Shown here piece after piece: positions 18,367 through 28,609 of a DNA stretch of 64,000 nucleotides. The stretch is from Candidatus Thorarchaeota archaeon. Lineage in GTDB: Archaea > Asgardarchaeota > Thorarchaeia > Thorarchaeales > Thorarchaeaceae. The notes under the pieces were generated by a model. That model was given only the letters and a program-made list of their open reading frames with translations. It searched no databases and was not told the DNA's origin. Location of the stretch: the NCBI GenBank assembly GCA_020348985.1, contig CP070761.1, forward strand, positions 2,891,006-2,955,005. Direction: 5' to 3'. Every line of letters starts with the position of its first letter. Position 1 is the first letter of the stretch. The translations under genes were made by a program, and so were the position numbers.

Positions 18367-21270
18367 ATGGAAAAGACAAAGCCAAAGACTCCCAAAGGCA
18401 GCTCTAGATGGGCGTTATTCTATGCAGTTAGTTCCTTGAGAAACTATCCGCTGCGCAACATGGGTATAGCTTTGATCCTCGCCATCGGAGTTGCTCTGCC
18501 AACCACCGTCTTTGCATGGTCCAACACAGGAATCGAGATTGCTATCGGGGACTACTTCTCAGAAAACGCGTATCAGATGAGATTTCAGCGACAATCATCT
18601 GCACTCTACTCGCGAGCCGAACAGGAAGCCTTGGTTGCCTCGGTAAATAATCATCCATACATAGATTTCGTCCATCAGGTGCCCTCAACCATCTGTATTC
18701 TGAGCGGGGACGGTCTCCCTACGTGGTCAAGCTATGACATGAGAGGACTGAACTACCTGTTGGGGATAAAGGATGCCAGGGTCATCTTGGTCAATGATAA
18801 CATTCTCGGCAATTGGACCCAAGAATTCACCTATAGAGGGAACTTCTCTCTCAAATCTGGCCAAGTCCTTGTATCCGCGGGATTCGTCGAATATACACGG
18901 GAAGTCCACGGCATGGCCATCGACTTGGGTTCAGAAATCAACATAGATGTCATAACACATGCCCAAAGATCTGGGGGGCCAGAGTCTAGATCCTTCTTGA
19001 GTCCTGTTACCGTTGGCAATCTCAGTGTTGCAGGAGTGTACCAAATAGATGATCTAAGCAATCAGATAGGTAATGCCCTTCCCTCAACTAGTAGATACAA
19101 TTGGGATCCACTCGGCAGTATGTCATCTGTTCTGGGAATAGACGATTCGATTATGATTCTTGGAAGTGAAGTAGATCAGGAAATACTGACTGAGATTGCT
19201 GACTCGGGGTATTTCAAGTCTGCACTTCTTGTCAGAGCCTCACAAGTCGGCTTGATTCAGGCAGGAGTTGAACGTATTGGCGACAGTCTATTGACGTTCA
19301 AGACGCAAACAGAAGAGCAGTTCGTGAATTTTAATATCATTGGGATTGATGAGATACAGAGACTTGATTCGTACGTGCAAACTTACTTGGGCAGCCAAAT
19401 CCTAACAGTTGTCGCACTTCCTGTTCTCATAATGAGCCTCATGCTGACTGTCTTTACTTCGGAGACATCCATCTCTCGTCGAAAGGGGGAGATAAGCGCG
19501 TTGAGGTCTAAGGGGGCTTCTTTCAACCAGGTGTTTTCCACCTTCATGTGGGAATCTATCCTGCTCGGTGTTCTCGGATTTCTTATGGGCATTGGTCTTT
19601 CATTATTGATGGCACCATTGATTGGTTCAACCGTTGGTCTCTTCTCATTTGATTTGGCCTTGTTTGTGCTCTTCTTCACAAACCTTTCATTTCCTCCGCT
19701 GGCACTAGTCATAGCGGCGACTATTGCAATGTATCTCCCTGCCGCCTATCTTCTCCACGTGTCCCGGAGGATTGATGTGACAGAGGTGGGGCAGCCAACC
19801 TCTGGTCTGCCGTCTGAAGGCGCTGAGATGACCGGAATTTGGCGTTATGCTCTTGGACTTGGTGTGATTTTGTCAATCCTTGCGGCAATGCCGACGCTTG
19901 TATACCCATCAGGTCCAATTGCTGTTGCTGAGGTACTAGGAGCCTCGTTGCTCCTATTCGCTGCTTCATACCTGGGCTCTCGTACGATGCGCCTGGTCAC
20001 TGCAAGACTGTCAGGTGAAACCACTTTTCTGCTTGGTGAGAAGAGTCTTTATCTAAGTCAGAGCCTTAGAAAGAGGAAGGGCCAATTCATCCCGCTTCTC
20101 GTCATTCTAACCTTGACGATGACAACAACGACCATGATGGTAATTCAGTCTTCGAGCTTCGAATCCACTATGAATAACGAGCTGCGGTATTCAATTGGAG
20201 CCGACATGAGAGTTGAAGTTGATGGATTTCCCCTTGACTTCGAACGTACTCTCCTCAGCTATCCCGGAGTCCTGAATGTCACTCCCGTGATCGAAACATG
20301 GGCGCAGGTGGGGCTAGAGAGCTTCTTCTTTGAAGGGATCAATCCTCTGGAGTATCTCGACATAGGAAAATTCTCTCCTGATAGCTTTGTTGGTGGCAAT
20401 CCTGAGACGGTTCTTACGGCTTTGGCCAACAGAAGCAACGGAGTTGTCATCAGCGAATACTACTCAGAGCTTTGGAATCGAACCGTAGGTGATGAGGTGA
20501 ACATCTTCTATGGTACAGTGAACGGGTCCAGACTTGGGATCTTTGAGGTTGCAGGCATAGTAAGAAGTGGGCCCGGTTTTGGCGTTGCATCAACCCAGGA
20601 TCTACCCTCCGCAACGTTTGCATCACAATTCGGATTCCAAGTCGGAAGAGGTGGCTTCGGACTTGTAAACCTAGACTATATCGCTGAATTTGGCTACTTG
20701 GAAACGGCGGACCTCTTTCTAGTTGACACTGTTGAGTTTGCCGACCTGGATAGTGTCATTGAGGATCTTGAAGAACTACCGGGAGTCGACGTCTTCACAC
20801 CTGACACATTCGATATCGCATCTGAATCCGTTTCAATCCAACTATTCCTGTCTGGAATTCAGGGACTAACTTTGATTACATTCATGTTATGTTTGGCAAT
20901 GGGGCTTTCAGCAATTGCACTCTTTTTGGGCTCAGCTGTCCTTGAACGAGAGCCAGAGTACGCAATCTTCAGGGCAATAGGCGGCACGAAGAGACAGGTG
21001 ATAATGATGGTCTTTGGAGAATTTGCTGGGATTGTTGTTGCAGCTATTGGCATCAGCTTCATTCTAGGAATTGTCTTCGGATACTCAATGAGCATACTTG
21101 CTTTCGGGATATCACCCTTCTCACCGGTCTTGGCTGAGATACTTGCCCTACCTCTTTCGGTGATGCTGGGCATATTGGGCTTGGAAGGTGCCTTCCTGCT
21201 GGCTAGCTGTTACTTGCCAGCCTCCCGCGCCGGCTCTGTGAACCCTGCATCGGCTTTGAGGAATCTGTGA
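18367..21270 (+). CDS. FtsX/MacB-type ABC permease, paralog
   Basis: RKGEISALRSKGAS and EREPEYAIFRAIGG motifs, ends NPASALRNL. Confidence 0.88.
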   Translation: MEKTKPKTPKGSSRWALFYAVSSLRNYPLRNMGIALILAIGVALPTTVFAWSNTGIEIAIGDYFSENAYQMRFQRQSSALYSRAEQEALVASVNNHPYIDFVHQVPSTICILSGDGLPTWSSYDMRGLNYLLGIKDARVILVNDNILGNWTQEFTYRGNFSLKSGQVLVSAGFVEYTREVHGMAIDLGSEINIDVITHAQRSGGPESRSFLSPVTVGNLSVAGVYQIDDLSNQIGNALPSTSRYNWDPLGSMSSVLGIDDSIMILGSEVDQEILTEIADSGYFKSALLVRASQVGLIQAGVERIGDSLLTFKTQTEEQFVNFNIIGIDEIQRLDSYVQTYLGSQILTVVALPVLIMSLMLTVFTSETSISRRKGEISALRSKGASFNQVFSTFMWESILLGVLGFLMGIGLSLLMAPLIGSTVGLFSFDLALFVLFFTNLSFPPLALVIAATIAMYLPAAYLLHVSRRIDVTEVGQPTSGLPSEGAEMTGIWRYALGLGVILSILAAMPTLVYPSGPIAVAEVLGASLLLFAASYLGSRTMRLVTARLSGETTFLLGEKSLYLSQSLRKRKGQFIPLLVILTLTMTTTTMMVIQSSSFESTMNNELRYSIGADMRVEVDGFPLDFERTLLSYPGVLNVTPVIETWAQVGLESFFFEGINPLEYLDIGKFSPDSFVGGNPETVLTALANRSNGVVISEYYSELWNRTVGDEVNIFYGTVNGSRLGIFEVAGIVRSGPGFGVASTQDLPSATFASQFGFQVGRGGFGLVNLDYIAEFGYLETADLFLVDTVEFADLDSVIEDLEELPGVDVFTPDTFDIASESVSIQLFLSGIQGLTLITFMLCLAMGLSAIALFLGSAVLEREPEYAIFRAIGGTKRQVIMMVFGEFAGIVVAAIGISFILGIVFGYSMSILAFGISPFSPVLAEILALPLSVMLGILGLEGAFLLASCYLPASRAGSVNPASALRNL

Positions 21271-21342
21271 GGTTGAGCCCATGATTTTGCGCACCCCGAT
21301 AACCTTTTCAAAAACAAGAATCGAACGGAGACTGTGTTCACA

Positions 21343-22362
21343 ATGGTGACTTACTCAACTGAACAGCTGGATCTTTTCGGAGACTACCCTGATGATGTCG
21401 TGATTAGTTGCGAGAATGTGTACAAGATATACAAAACCCACGAGCTCGAGGTCGTCGCTCTGAGCGGAGTGTCCCTACAGATTCTTGAGGGAAAAATCAT
21501 GTGCGTTGTAGGTCCGAGTGGTTCGGGTAAGACTACACTCACCAATATCATAGGTGGTATAACAAAGGCCACAGTCGGTAAGGTCTACTGGGCCAACCTG
21601 CGGTCCGATATCACGAAGATAGGCGAAAGGGTCCTTACTGAAGCCCGTCGCAATTTCATCGGATTTGTCTTCCAAATCAACAACCTCCTTCCACACCTTA
21701 ATGCTTGGCAGAATATTGAGCTTGCAGCACGCATAGCTGGCGTTCCGAAGAGCGTTCGACAGGACCGAGTAGACCGTCTCATCAAACTCGTCGGTCTCGA
21801 GGAGAGAAGACACAACAAAGCCACAACACTCAGTGGGGGCGAGCGTTCTCGTGTTGCCATTGCAAGCGCACTCGTCAACCTCATTGAAACAGAAGGCAAG
21901 GGTCTTGTCTTGTGTGACGAGCCCACTGGAGACCTCGACCCAGAGACTGCAGAGAGAATACTAGATCTCTTCCAAGAGCTCAACGAGACCTTGGGCACCT
22001 CCTTCTTCATTGTCACACACAGTCAACAGGTGGCCTCGAAAGCCGATGTTACTGTTGAGATCAGGGATGGAATCATCTCAGGGTTCCATCAAGCTGGAAT
22101 AGACCTTGACACTTTGGATGACACAAGAGTTGTCAAGCTTGACAACAACTATCGTCTTCCAATGCCCACAGATTTGTTAGAGGCAGCAGGCAATCCCACT
22201 CAATTCAGAATCAGCTTTGAAGATGGGAGATTCATACTCGTGCCTCAGCTTGAGGACGTGGTTGACACCATGAGGATTCAACGGACTCGCACCTGCAGAG
22301 TCTGTGGAAACGAGATTCCTCAAGGCAAGTTCATCTGCCCGAACTGTGGAAGTACCATCTAA
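21343..22362 (+). CDS. ABC ATPase with C-terminal AbrB-like and Zn-ribbon domains
   Basis: GPSGSGKTT, LSGGE and LCDEPTGDLD, then VKLDNNYRLPMP...FRISFEDGRFILVP and CRVC...CPNCG. Confidence 0.88.
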   Translation: MVTYSTEQLDLFGDYPDDVVISCENVYKIYKTHELEVVALSGVSLQILEGKIMCVVGPSGSGKTTLTNIIGGITKATVGKVYWANLRSDITKIGERVLTEARRNFIGFVFQINNLLPHLNAWQNIELAARIAGVPKSVRQDRVDRLIKLVGLEERRHNKATTLSGGERSRVAIASALVNLIETEGKGLVLCDEPTGDLDPETAERILDLFQELNETLGTSFFIVTHSQQVASKADVTVEIRDGIISGFHQAGIDLDTLDDTRVVKLDNNYRLPMPTDLLEAAGNPTQFRISFEDGRFILVPQLEDVVDTMRIQRTRTCRVCGNEIPQGKFICPNCGSTI

Positions 22363-22366
22363 CGGA

Positions 22367-22828
22367 TTAGTCTGTTTCAAGCGGCTCTGGCGAATCTTTG
22401 CGGCCGAACAGTGCTACCAGCTCTTCAATGGCTCTTAGGTTGCCCATGAGATTGCGAATTCGTCGTCTCAATCGCACCAACACCTTCACCTTGTGTGGCT
22501 CTAAGTCCTTGGTGATGAACTTGGCCAGTTCGATACCGCCCTGGTCAAAATCAGTTAGAACTAAGACTTCTCCATTTTTGCCTGCTTGCTCAGCAATCTC
22601 GTCGATAAGCTCAGGTCTTGCTCGCCCCGCCTGTGTTTTGATTATACGTCCCTTTACCCCAAGTTTCCGAAGGACTCTCTCGTCACGAATACCCTCCACA
22701 ACAATGACGAGATTCTCGTAACGGGAATCAACACTGGTGAGAATCTCGACAAGCGCCCGCTCATTCTTCCGAAGAGGTCTATCACTTGGCAATACCAAAT
22801 TTTCCACAGCCTGCCGCTGCCCAGTCAT
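22367..22828 (-). CDS. Small Toprim-domain protein (RNase M5-like)
   Basis: VIVVEG.RD and VLTDFD..G motifs. Confidence 0.85.
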   Translation of the reverse strand: MTGQRQAVENLVLPSDRPLRKNERALVEILTSVDSRYENLVIVVEGIRDERVLRKLGVKGRIIKTQAGRARPELIDEIAEQAGKNGEVLVLTDFDQGGIELAKFITKDLEPHKVKVLVRLRRRIRNLMGNLRAIEELVALFGRKDSPEPLETD

Positions 22829-23895
22829 TAAGGGACAATGGCTACCTTCATGGTTTCTCCTTTGCTCATTTTCTCCAAGGCCTCCACGATTTTTTCGAGA
22901 GGCATTTGATCGGAAATTAAGATATCCGGATTGATATCGCCCGCTATGATGAGTCTAATTGCCTGCTCGACATTCCTTGGAGAAAGATGGAAGACACCCT
23001 TGACTGTCAATTGTCCATAGTGGAATCTCACTGTGTCAAGCTCGAATTTCGTTCCTGACGCTGCTCCACCGAACAGGACTGTTGTTCCTGCGTCTCTCGT
23101 CATCTCTACAGCTTGTTCCCAAGTTGCAGGGAGTCCAACAGCCTCAATGACAACATCTGCTCCATAACCCTCTGTTTCATCCCTGACACGTTGGATGGGG
23201 TCTTCTGCCACTGGATTAATCACCGTGTCCGCTCCCGATTTCTTCGCCATTTCTCTGCGGAACTCAGCCAAGTCAGACGCTATCACAGTAGATGCTCCAT
23301 TCTTTCTTGCAAGCATAATTAGCATTTGACCGATGGGGCCTGCACCGATTACAACCACGGAATCGCCTGGTCTGATGTTTGATTCCTCGATCCCATGCAC
23401 AACGCATGCGAGGGGTTCTGTCAGCGCAGCTGTCTGGAATTTTAGGTCGTCAGGAATCCTATGTGTATTCCACTTGACAATCCTTTCGGGCACTCGAATG
23501 TATTCTGCGAATGCGCCATTGACGAAGCTCTCTTTCAGCTCTGGGCAGAGATTGTGACTCCCTCGTTTGCAGAAGAAACATAATCCACAAGGTGCGGAGT
23601 TTGTAGCAACGATTCGCATACCTGGCTCGAGTCCTTCTACTCCTTCTCCAACCTCCTCCACTGTACCAGCGTACTCGTGTCCGAAGAGTGCCGGAGTCTC
23701 TCTAAGCAGAATCGGGTGGCCTCGCTTGAAGGTCTTGACATCCGTCCCACATGTCAGAGCAGACCCAATCTTGACCAGGATGTCGCCAGCTCCAATCTCA
23801 GGAACCTCGGTCTCTTCGTACCGAACATCACCAACTCCGTGAAACATCGCTGCTTTCATTCGACGAGGCATCCATTCATTCCCGATGCGGGTCAT
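22828..23895 (-). CDS. Zn-dependent dehydrogenase (MDR, sorbitol/threonine DH-like)
   Basis: CGTD, GHE, structural-Zn CGLCFFC...C and GAGPIG motifs. Confidence 0.9.
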   Translation of the reverse strand: MTRIGNEWMPRRMKAAMFHGVGDVRYEETEVPEIGAGDILVKIGSALTCGTDVKTFKRGHPILLRETPALFGHEYAGTVEEVGEGVEGLEPGMRIVATNSAPCGLCFFCKRGSHNLCPELKESFVNGAFAEYIRVPERIVKWNTHRIPDDLKFQTAALTEPLACVVHGIEESNIRPGDSVVVIGAGPIGQMLIMLARKNGASTVIASDLAEFRREMAKKSGADTVINPVAEDPIQRVRDETEGYGADVVIEAVGLPATWEQAVEMTRDAGTTVLFGGAASGTKFELDTVRFHYGQLTVKGVFHLSPRNVEQAIRLIIAGDINPDILISDQMPLEKIVEALEKMSKGETMKVAIVP

Positions 23896-23991
23896 TCATG
23901 CCTCGTTTAAATGGATTATGACACACCCTCACTCATGTCCGACCACAAGGCTTAATCCCTGACCGTTTCCGGGGGCGCGTGGGAACACACA

Positions 23992-24444
23992 ATGAGAATT
24001 CGAGCTCGTTATCCGGAGAGCGGAGAGTACTTCGCCGAATCTGATTGGGATGGACAGACTGGAGGGACTGCAATCACAAAATCGGGTGAAAGTTTCGCAT
24101 TTGACACACCCAAGATATACGGCGGGCGTGGAAAGGGAGTGTGTCCAGACGAGCTCTTTGTTTCAGCAGTACTAGGGTGCCTCACCAATACGTTTCTCGA
24201 TTTTCAAAGGCGTTTCGAGATGCAGCTTCGCTCAATTCATCTTGAAGCAAAAGCAAGTACACTATTTGACAATGAGGGCTACACAATAACTCAGATTCGC
24301 GTGTCGGGTGATGTTGTAGTGGGCAAAGATGAGCTAGACGTGGGAGAGCGCTGTGTCAAACTTATGAAGAACTACTGTCATCTCACACGTTCAATTCGAG
24401 ACTGTATTCCACTCGAATACAACATTAATGTTAGAGAAGAATGA
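23992..24444 (+). CDS. OsmC family protein
   Basis: P..YGG.G..CPDELF.SA..GC and a second Cys in YCHLTRSI. Confidence 0.85.
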   Translation: MRIRARYPESGEYFAESDWDGQTGGTAITKSGESFAFDTPKIYGGRGKGVCPDELFVSAVLGCLTNTFLDFQRRFEMQLRSIHLEAKASTLFDNEGYTITQIRVSGDVVVGKDELDVGERCVKLMKNYCHLTRSIRDCIPLEYNINVREE

Positions 24445-24453
24445 GTATTGGAG

Positions 24454-24972
24454 TCACTCATTGTTCAACTCAATCGACGACATCAATTCACGCACAGTAT
24501 CCATGAACTTCAGTATGTTGTCCCAATAACCTCCTTGGAAATAGACGCTGTCACAGTCTTCGCACAACCAGAATTCATTGTACGAATCGAAGGTCTGGTC
24601 GAACACAAGACCTCTGATTCTTTCTTTGTCTGTCTCAGCGAATTCAACAAGCTCGCCGTTACATTTCGAACACCGAGCCCGTGATGGGATGACTATAGGC
24701 GTTATGTCATATTGCTTGAACACCCTCGCAACTTCCTCTGCTACACCTCCTCTCACGAGCATGCCTCTGACAGAGGAATCTTTGGTTCTGCGGAAGAGAT
24801 CAAGATCTGAAGTCAGCAGAACACGGTTCTCGTTAGCCGCGATTTCCAATAACTCATCGTCATGAATGTCCGTGTCATAGAGAGCGTCATATCCGACAAG
24901 ACGCAACCATGCAGCAAGTCTTCCTAGCATTGCATCTACTATGAACTTGAAATCTTGCTGTCTGTTTTCCAT
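24454..24972 (-). CDS. Mut7-C RNase (PIN-like + Zn-ribbon)
   Basis: FIVDAMLGRLAAWLRLVGYD, RVLLTSD, RCSKCNG and C..C..VYF.G motifs. Confidence 0.9.
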   Translation of the reverse strand: MENRQQDFKFIVDAMLGRLAAWLRLVGYDALYDTDIHDDELLEIAANENRVLLTSDLDLFRRTKDSSVRGMLVRGGVAEEVARVFKQYDITPIVIPSRARCSKCNGELVEFAETDKERIRGLVFDQTFDSYNEFWLCEDCDSVYFQGGYWDNILKFMDTVRELMSSIELNNE

Positions 24973-25833
24973 TTACGCGTGCTCCTTGAGGTATTCGTTA
25001 CCTGCCATTTCTCTGAGATTGTCAATCACTGTGACTGGAACTGTGACACTTCCCATGGAGACTCCGATGTCATCGCCATGGAAGTCGGTGCCTCCCGATT
25101 CTATTAGCCCTAAGCCCGAAATGGCATCTCGTAGAACCGACATTGTGCCCACGACTGGTAGGATTGAGTACTCATAGTGAATCTCGACTCCAAGAAGCCC
25201 ATTGTCAAGGAGTTCAGCGAATAGGCCTCTCAAGTCGCTCACTTCGATAGTAAGAGGATGTGCAACCACTGGGACCGCTCCAACATCCCTCAGGACCTTC
25301 ACGGCTTCAACGGTATCCATTCGTTCCTTTCTTACATAAGCTGGCTTGCCCTTCAGAAGCCACTCCTCGAAGGCCTCATTGAAGTCCTTCGCAATTCCCT
25401 TCATGACTAGAAGTCGCGCCAGATGAGGTCTCCCTGGGCTAGTCACTCCTTTGAGGGCTTGATTTACATCATCGTCAGTAATGTCAAAGCCAAGCTTGCG
25501 TAGTCTCTCTATCATCTTCGGAAATCTAGTCTTTCTGGCCTTTTCCAGCTCTAGCAGTCTCTTCCTAAACCTCGGTGCGTCATATGGGACAAAGTATCCG
25601 AGAATGTGTACCTCCTGATCATCATATTCTGTGCTTATCTCAATTCCCGGAACACGTATGACTTCGCTAGTTGGTTCTGCACTCATGAATTCATGAATGC
25701 CATCCACGGTATCATGATCAGTGAGAGCTATGCCCCCAAGGCCTATTTCGGCAGCTTTTGAAACAAGCTCGGCGGGAGACATGATGCCGTCAGAGTAGGA
25801 TGAGTGAACATGCAGATCAGCAAGGGCTTTCAC
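24973..25833 (-). CDS. PHP-domain phosphoesterase (YciV/TrpH-like)
   Basis: DLHVHS..SDG, LTDHDT, GRPH, AHP and GGTDFHG motifs. Confidence 0.9.
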   Translation of the reverse strand: MKALADLHVHSSYSDGIMSPAELVSKAAEIGLGGIALTDHDTVDGIHEFMSAEPTSEVIRVPGIEISTEYDDQEVHILGYFVPYDAPRFRKRLLELEKARKTRFPKMIERLRKLGFDITDDDVNQALKGVTSPGRPHLARLLVMKGIAKDFNEAFEEWLLKGKPAYVRKERMDTVEAVKVLRDVGAVPVVAHPLTIEVSDLRGLFAELLDNGLLGVEIHYEYSILPVVGTMSVLRDAISGLGLIESGGTDFHGDDIGVSMGSVTVPVTVIDNLREMAGNEYLKEHA

Positions 25834-26233
25834 CGTTTCTCGCCTCCCTTACAAGAGTCTCAACCAGACTTCGTACCTTGTGGCAGACCTTTCTGATTTC
25901 ATCCCGAGATATGGTCGAGCGCGATGGGCAATCGGCATCAACGACACATTTGCGTTTCTTCATGTCGTAGACGATGGGATAGAACCTGCATCCGTCGGGC
26001 CGTGTCTCATAGATTCGACACGTCTGATTACTAGGGTCATAGAAGTAGCACAATCCGTCTACATTTCGGAGCTCACAGAAACCGTCCTCAGTTCGTTGCA
26101 GGAAATCCTCACGACTGTACCCTTCCACCTCTATTCGATCAATGTCCTTCCTGGTCAAGGTCATCTCTGTATCTGTGCAACATAACATGACAGAGCTACA
26201 GCTGCCATCATGATTACATTGGAAGGGTGCCAA
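25817..26233 (-). CDS. YkgJ-family Zn/Fe-chelating Cys-rich protein
   Basis: C...C....CC, C.FYD....CRIYE.RP.GCR.YP motifs. Confidence 0.85.
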   Translation of the reverse strand: MAPFQCNHDGSCSSVMLCCTDTEMTLTRKDIDRIEVEGYSREDFLQRTEDGFCELRNVDGLCYFYDPSNQTCRIYETRPDGCRFYPIVYDMKKRKCVVDADCPSRSTISRDEIRKVCHKVRSLVETLVREARNGESPC

Positions 26234-26405
26234 AATGATGATTCTCCGTTTGCTGTTGAACTAGAGTCGAGTCCGTTTGTCTTGAGTGCTGAATATAGAG
26301 TGGTCAGATTGCGGTTTAGCGGGTCATCACGCTGATTGGACGTTCACCATCCCTGCTTATTCATCATCCCAATGGGGGGTGCGTTTCCAAGGCATAAGAA
26401 TGATG

Positions 26406-26720
26406 CTATCTTTCTTTTCTAGAAATGCGTCTGACCAAGGAGCCGCCATCAACTTTCTCAGTGGCTGTCTTGGCAAGGTTGCTTGGGTCGCGTCTGACTA
26501 GTGCTTTTCCTGTAATTCTCTGGTATGCGCTAGCCCGAACTGAGTATAGGTATTCCATAAGATCGGTGGGCTGCTGTACTGCCCCCATTCGTAATCGACT
26601 TCTCCAATTGAGTAAATGGATCATGCGCTCAATTATCTTCATTAGCTTTCTTTCCAACTCTGTCTTCTTCTTATCGAAGAAAAGGTTTTCCAAGAGGGAG
26701 TTTAGGAATCCTACAGCCAA
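26406..26720 (-). CDS. Hypothetical basic protein
   Basis: Fills the gap before ABCE1 and has plausible helical composition, but no recognisable motif. Confidence 0.45.
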   Translation of the reverse strand: MAVGFLNSLLENLFFDKKKTELERKLMKIIERMIHLLNWRSRLRMGAVQQPTDLMEYLYSVRASAYQRITGKALVRRDPSNLAKTATEKVDGGSLVRRISRKER

Positions 26721-26780
26721 AGCGCTAAATACCCCTCACAGTGAAATTGGACAATCTCGCTAGAAGGTGTTGATCTAACA

Positions 26781-28601
26781 GTGCGAATCGCCATATTGGA
26801 CAAGGACCGATGCAGACCGAAAGACTGCTCCCATGAATGTCAGAGGTTCTGTCCAAGGGTCAGAACCGGTGATGAGACCGTCGTCTTCTTTGACGGTCCG
26901 GACAAACCACCGACGATAGTAGAGGCACTGTGCTCAGGAGAGGCGATTTGCGTAAAGAAGTGTCCTTACCATGTCATAAGCATCGTCAATCTTCCTGAGG
27001 AATTGGAGAAGGACACGAGCCACCGATACAGTGTCAATGGATTCAAGCTCTTTAGATTGCCAATCCCCAAGGAAGGAAGAGTTATTGGTTTGATCGGCCC
27101 TAATGGTGTCGGGAAGACCACAGCTCTGAGAATTCTGGCAGGAGAACTGAAGCCCAACCTGGGTCGTATTGAGGATTCACCAGAGTGGGACGAAGTAATT
27201 CGTGAGTTTCGAGGGTCTGAGCTCCAGCCGTTCTTTGAGAAAATTCAGGCGGGGGACCTTGTCCCTGTTCACAAGCCACAGACGATAATAGATCTTCCAA
27301 AGGTGAAGGCACTTGCAGACAGGCCCATCAGCGAGCTCCTTGAGTCAGCCAATTCGTCTGGACGCCTGAGTGAGCTAAAGGAGGATATGGGGCTCGATGA
27401 GATATGGGATCGACAGGTACAGCATCTGAGTGGTGGTGAACTACAGAGAGTTGCGATCACAGCAGCTATCGTCAGGGACGGCGAAATCTACTTCTTTGAC
27501 GAGCCAACCGCCTACCTCGATGTCCGTGAAAGACTCCGTGTTGGAAGAGCAATTCGGAAGCTTTCCGAGATGGGCAAGACAGTGGTCGTTGTAGAGCATG
27601 ATCTGTCCATTCTTGATTATGTGTCAGACTTAGTGTGCATTCTCTATGGAGACCCCGGAGTCTATGGAATCGTCTCACATCCTCATGGCACTCGCGTTGG
27701 TGTGAATATCTTCCTAGACGGTTACATTCCAGACGAGAATATGCGATTTCGAGAAGCAAGCATTTCGTTTAAGGGAATCACTGGCGAGGATGAAGAATTC
27801 GTGGGTGCAGAGACCCTTCTGGAATACGGAGACATGAAGAAGAAGTTCGAAGACTTCACATTGGACGTCCGTGGTGGCAAGGTCTCCAAAGGACAGATAG
27901 TTGGTATACTTGGGCCTAACGGAATTGGTAAGACAACATTCGTCAAGATGCTGGCTGGACTTTTGGAGCCTGATGAAGGAGAAGCGCCAAAAGAAACCAA
28001 GGCTGGGTTTGAGCTTCGTGTCAGCTACAAACCGCAGTACATCACAGCAGACTATCCAGGTAGTGTAAGAATGTTCCTTCGTGAGGCTGGGGGCAAAACA
28101 ATTGATTCAGCAGATTTCCAGACGTCCGTCATCAGAAAGCTCGAGCTCGAGAATCTGATGGAACATCCAGTGCCAGAATTGAGCGGTGGAGAGCTGCAGA
28201 GAACTGCAATTGCTGGTTGCTTGGCTAGAGAGGCAGACATCTACCTCTTCGATGAACCATCGGCTTTCCTTGACGTTGAACAGAGACTCGCCAGTTCGAG
28301 AGCAATACGACGTTCTGTTCAGACTGGAATGAAGACGGCTTTCATAGTTGAACACTCAATTCTAATGGCAGACTACCTGAGTGACAGCATGGTGGTGTTT
28401 GGAGGAGTTCCCGGGAAGCGTGGCCAGGCATCAACAGTCACGACTTTGAAGACTGGGATGAATGCCTTTCTTAGGCAAATGAAGGTGACATTCCGAAGGG
28501 ATCCTCAAACGGGTCGGCCGAGAGTGAACAAGCAGGGATCTCAGTTAGACACTCAGCAAAAAGCAAGTGGCGACTACTACTATGTGGGCGCCGGCAAGTG
28601 A
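26781..28601 (+). CDS. abcE1: Ribosome recycling ATPase ABCE1/Rli1
   Basis: N-terminal Fe-S domain, HRY..NGFKLFRLP, two NBDs (GPNGVGKT, GPNGIGKT, two LSGGELQR) and TFRRDP.TGRPRVNK. Confidence 0.97.
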   Translation: MRIAILDKDRCRPKDCSHECQRFCPRVRTGDETVVFFDGPDKPPTIVEALCSGEAICVKKCPYHVISIVNLPEELEKDTSHRYSVNGFKLFRLPIPKEGRVIGLIGPNGVGKTTALRILAGELKPNLGRIEDSPEWDEVIREFRGSELQPFFEKIQAGDLVPVHKPQTIIDLPKVKALADRPISELLESANSSGRLSELKEDMGLDEIWDRQVQHLSGGELQRVAITAAIVRDGEIYFFDEPTAYLDVRERLRVGRAIRKLSEMGKTVVVVEHDLSILDYVSDLVCILYGDPGVYGIVSHPHGTRVGVNIFLDGYIPDENMRFREASISFKGITGEDEEFVGAETLLEYGDMKKKFEDFTLDVRGGKVSKGQIVGILGPNGIGKTTFVKMLAGLLEPDEGEAPKETKAGFELRVSYKPQYITADYPGSVRMFLREAGGKTIDSADFQTSVIRKLELENLMEHPVPELSGGELQRTAIAGCLAREADIYLFDEPSAFLDVEQRLASSRAIRRSVQTGMKTAFIVEHSILMADYLSDSMVVFGGVPGKRGQASTVTTLKTGMNAFLRQMKVTFRRDPQTGRPRVNKQGSQLDTQQKASGDYYYVGAGK

Positions 28602-28609
28602 TTTCTTGC

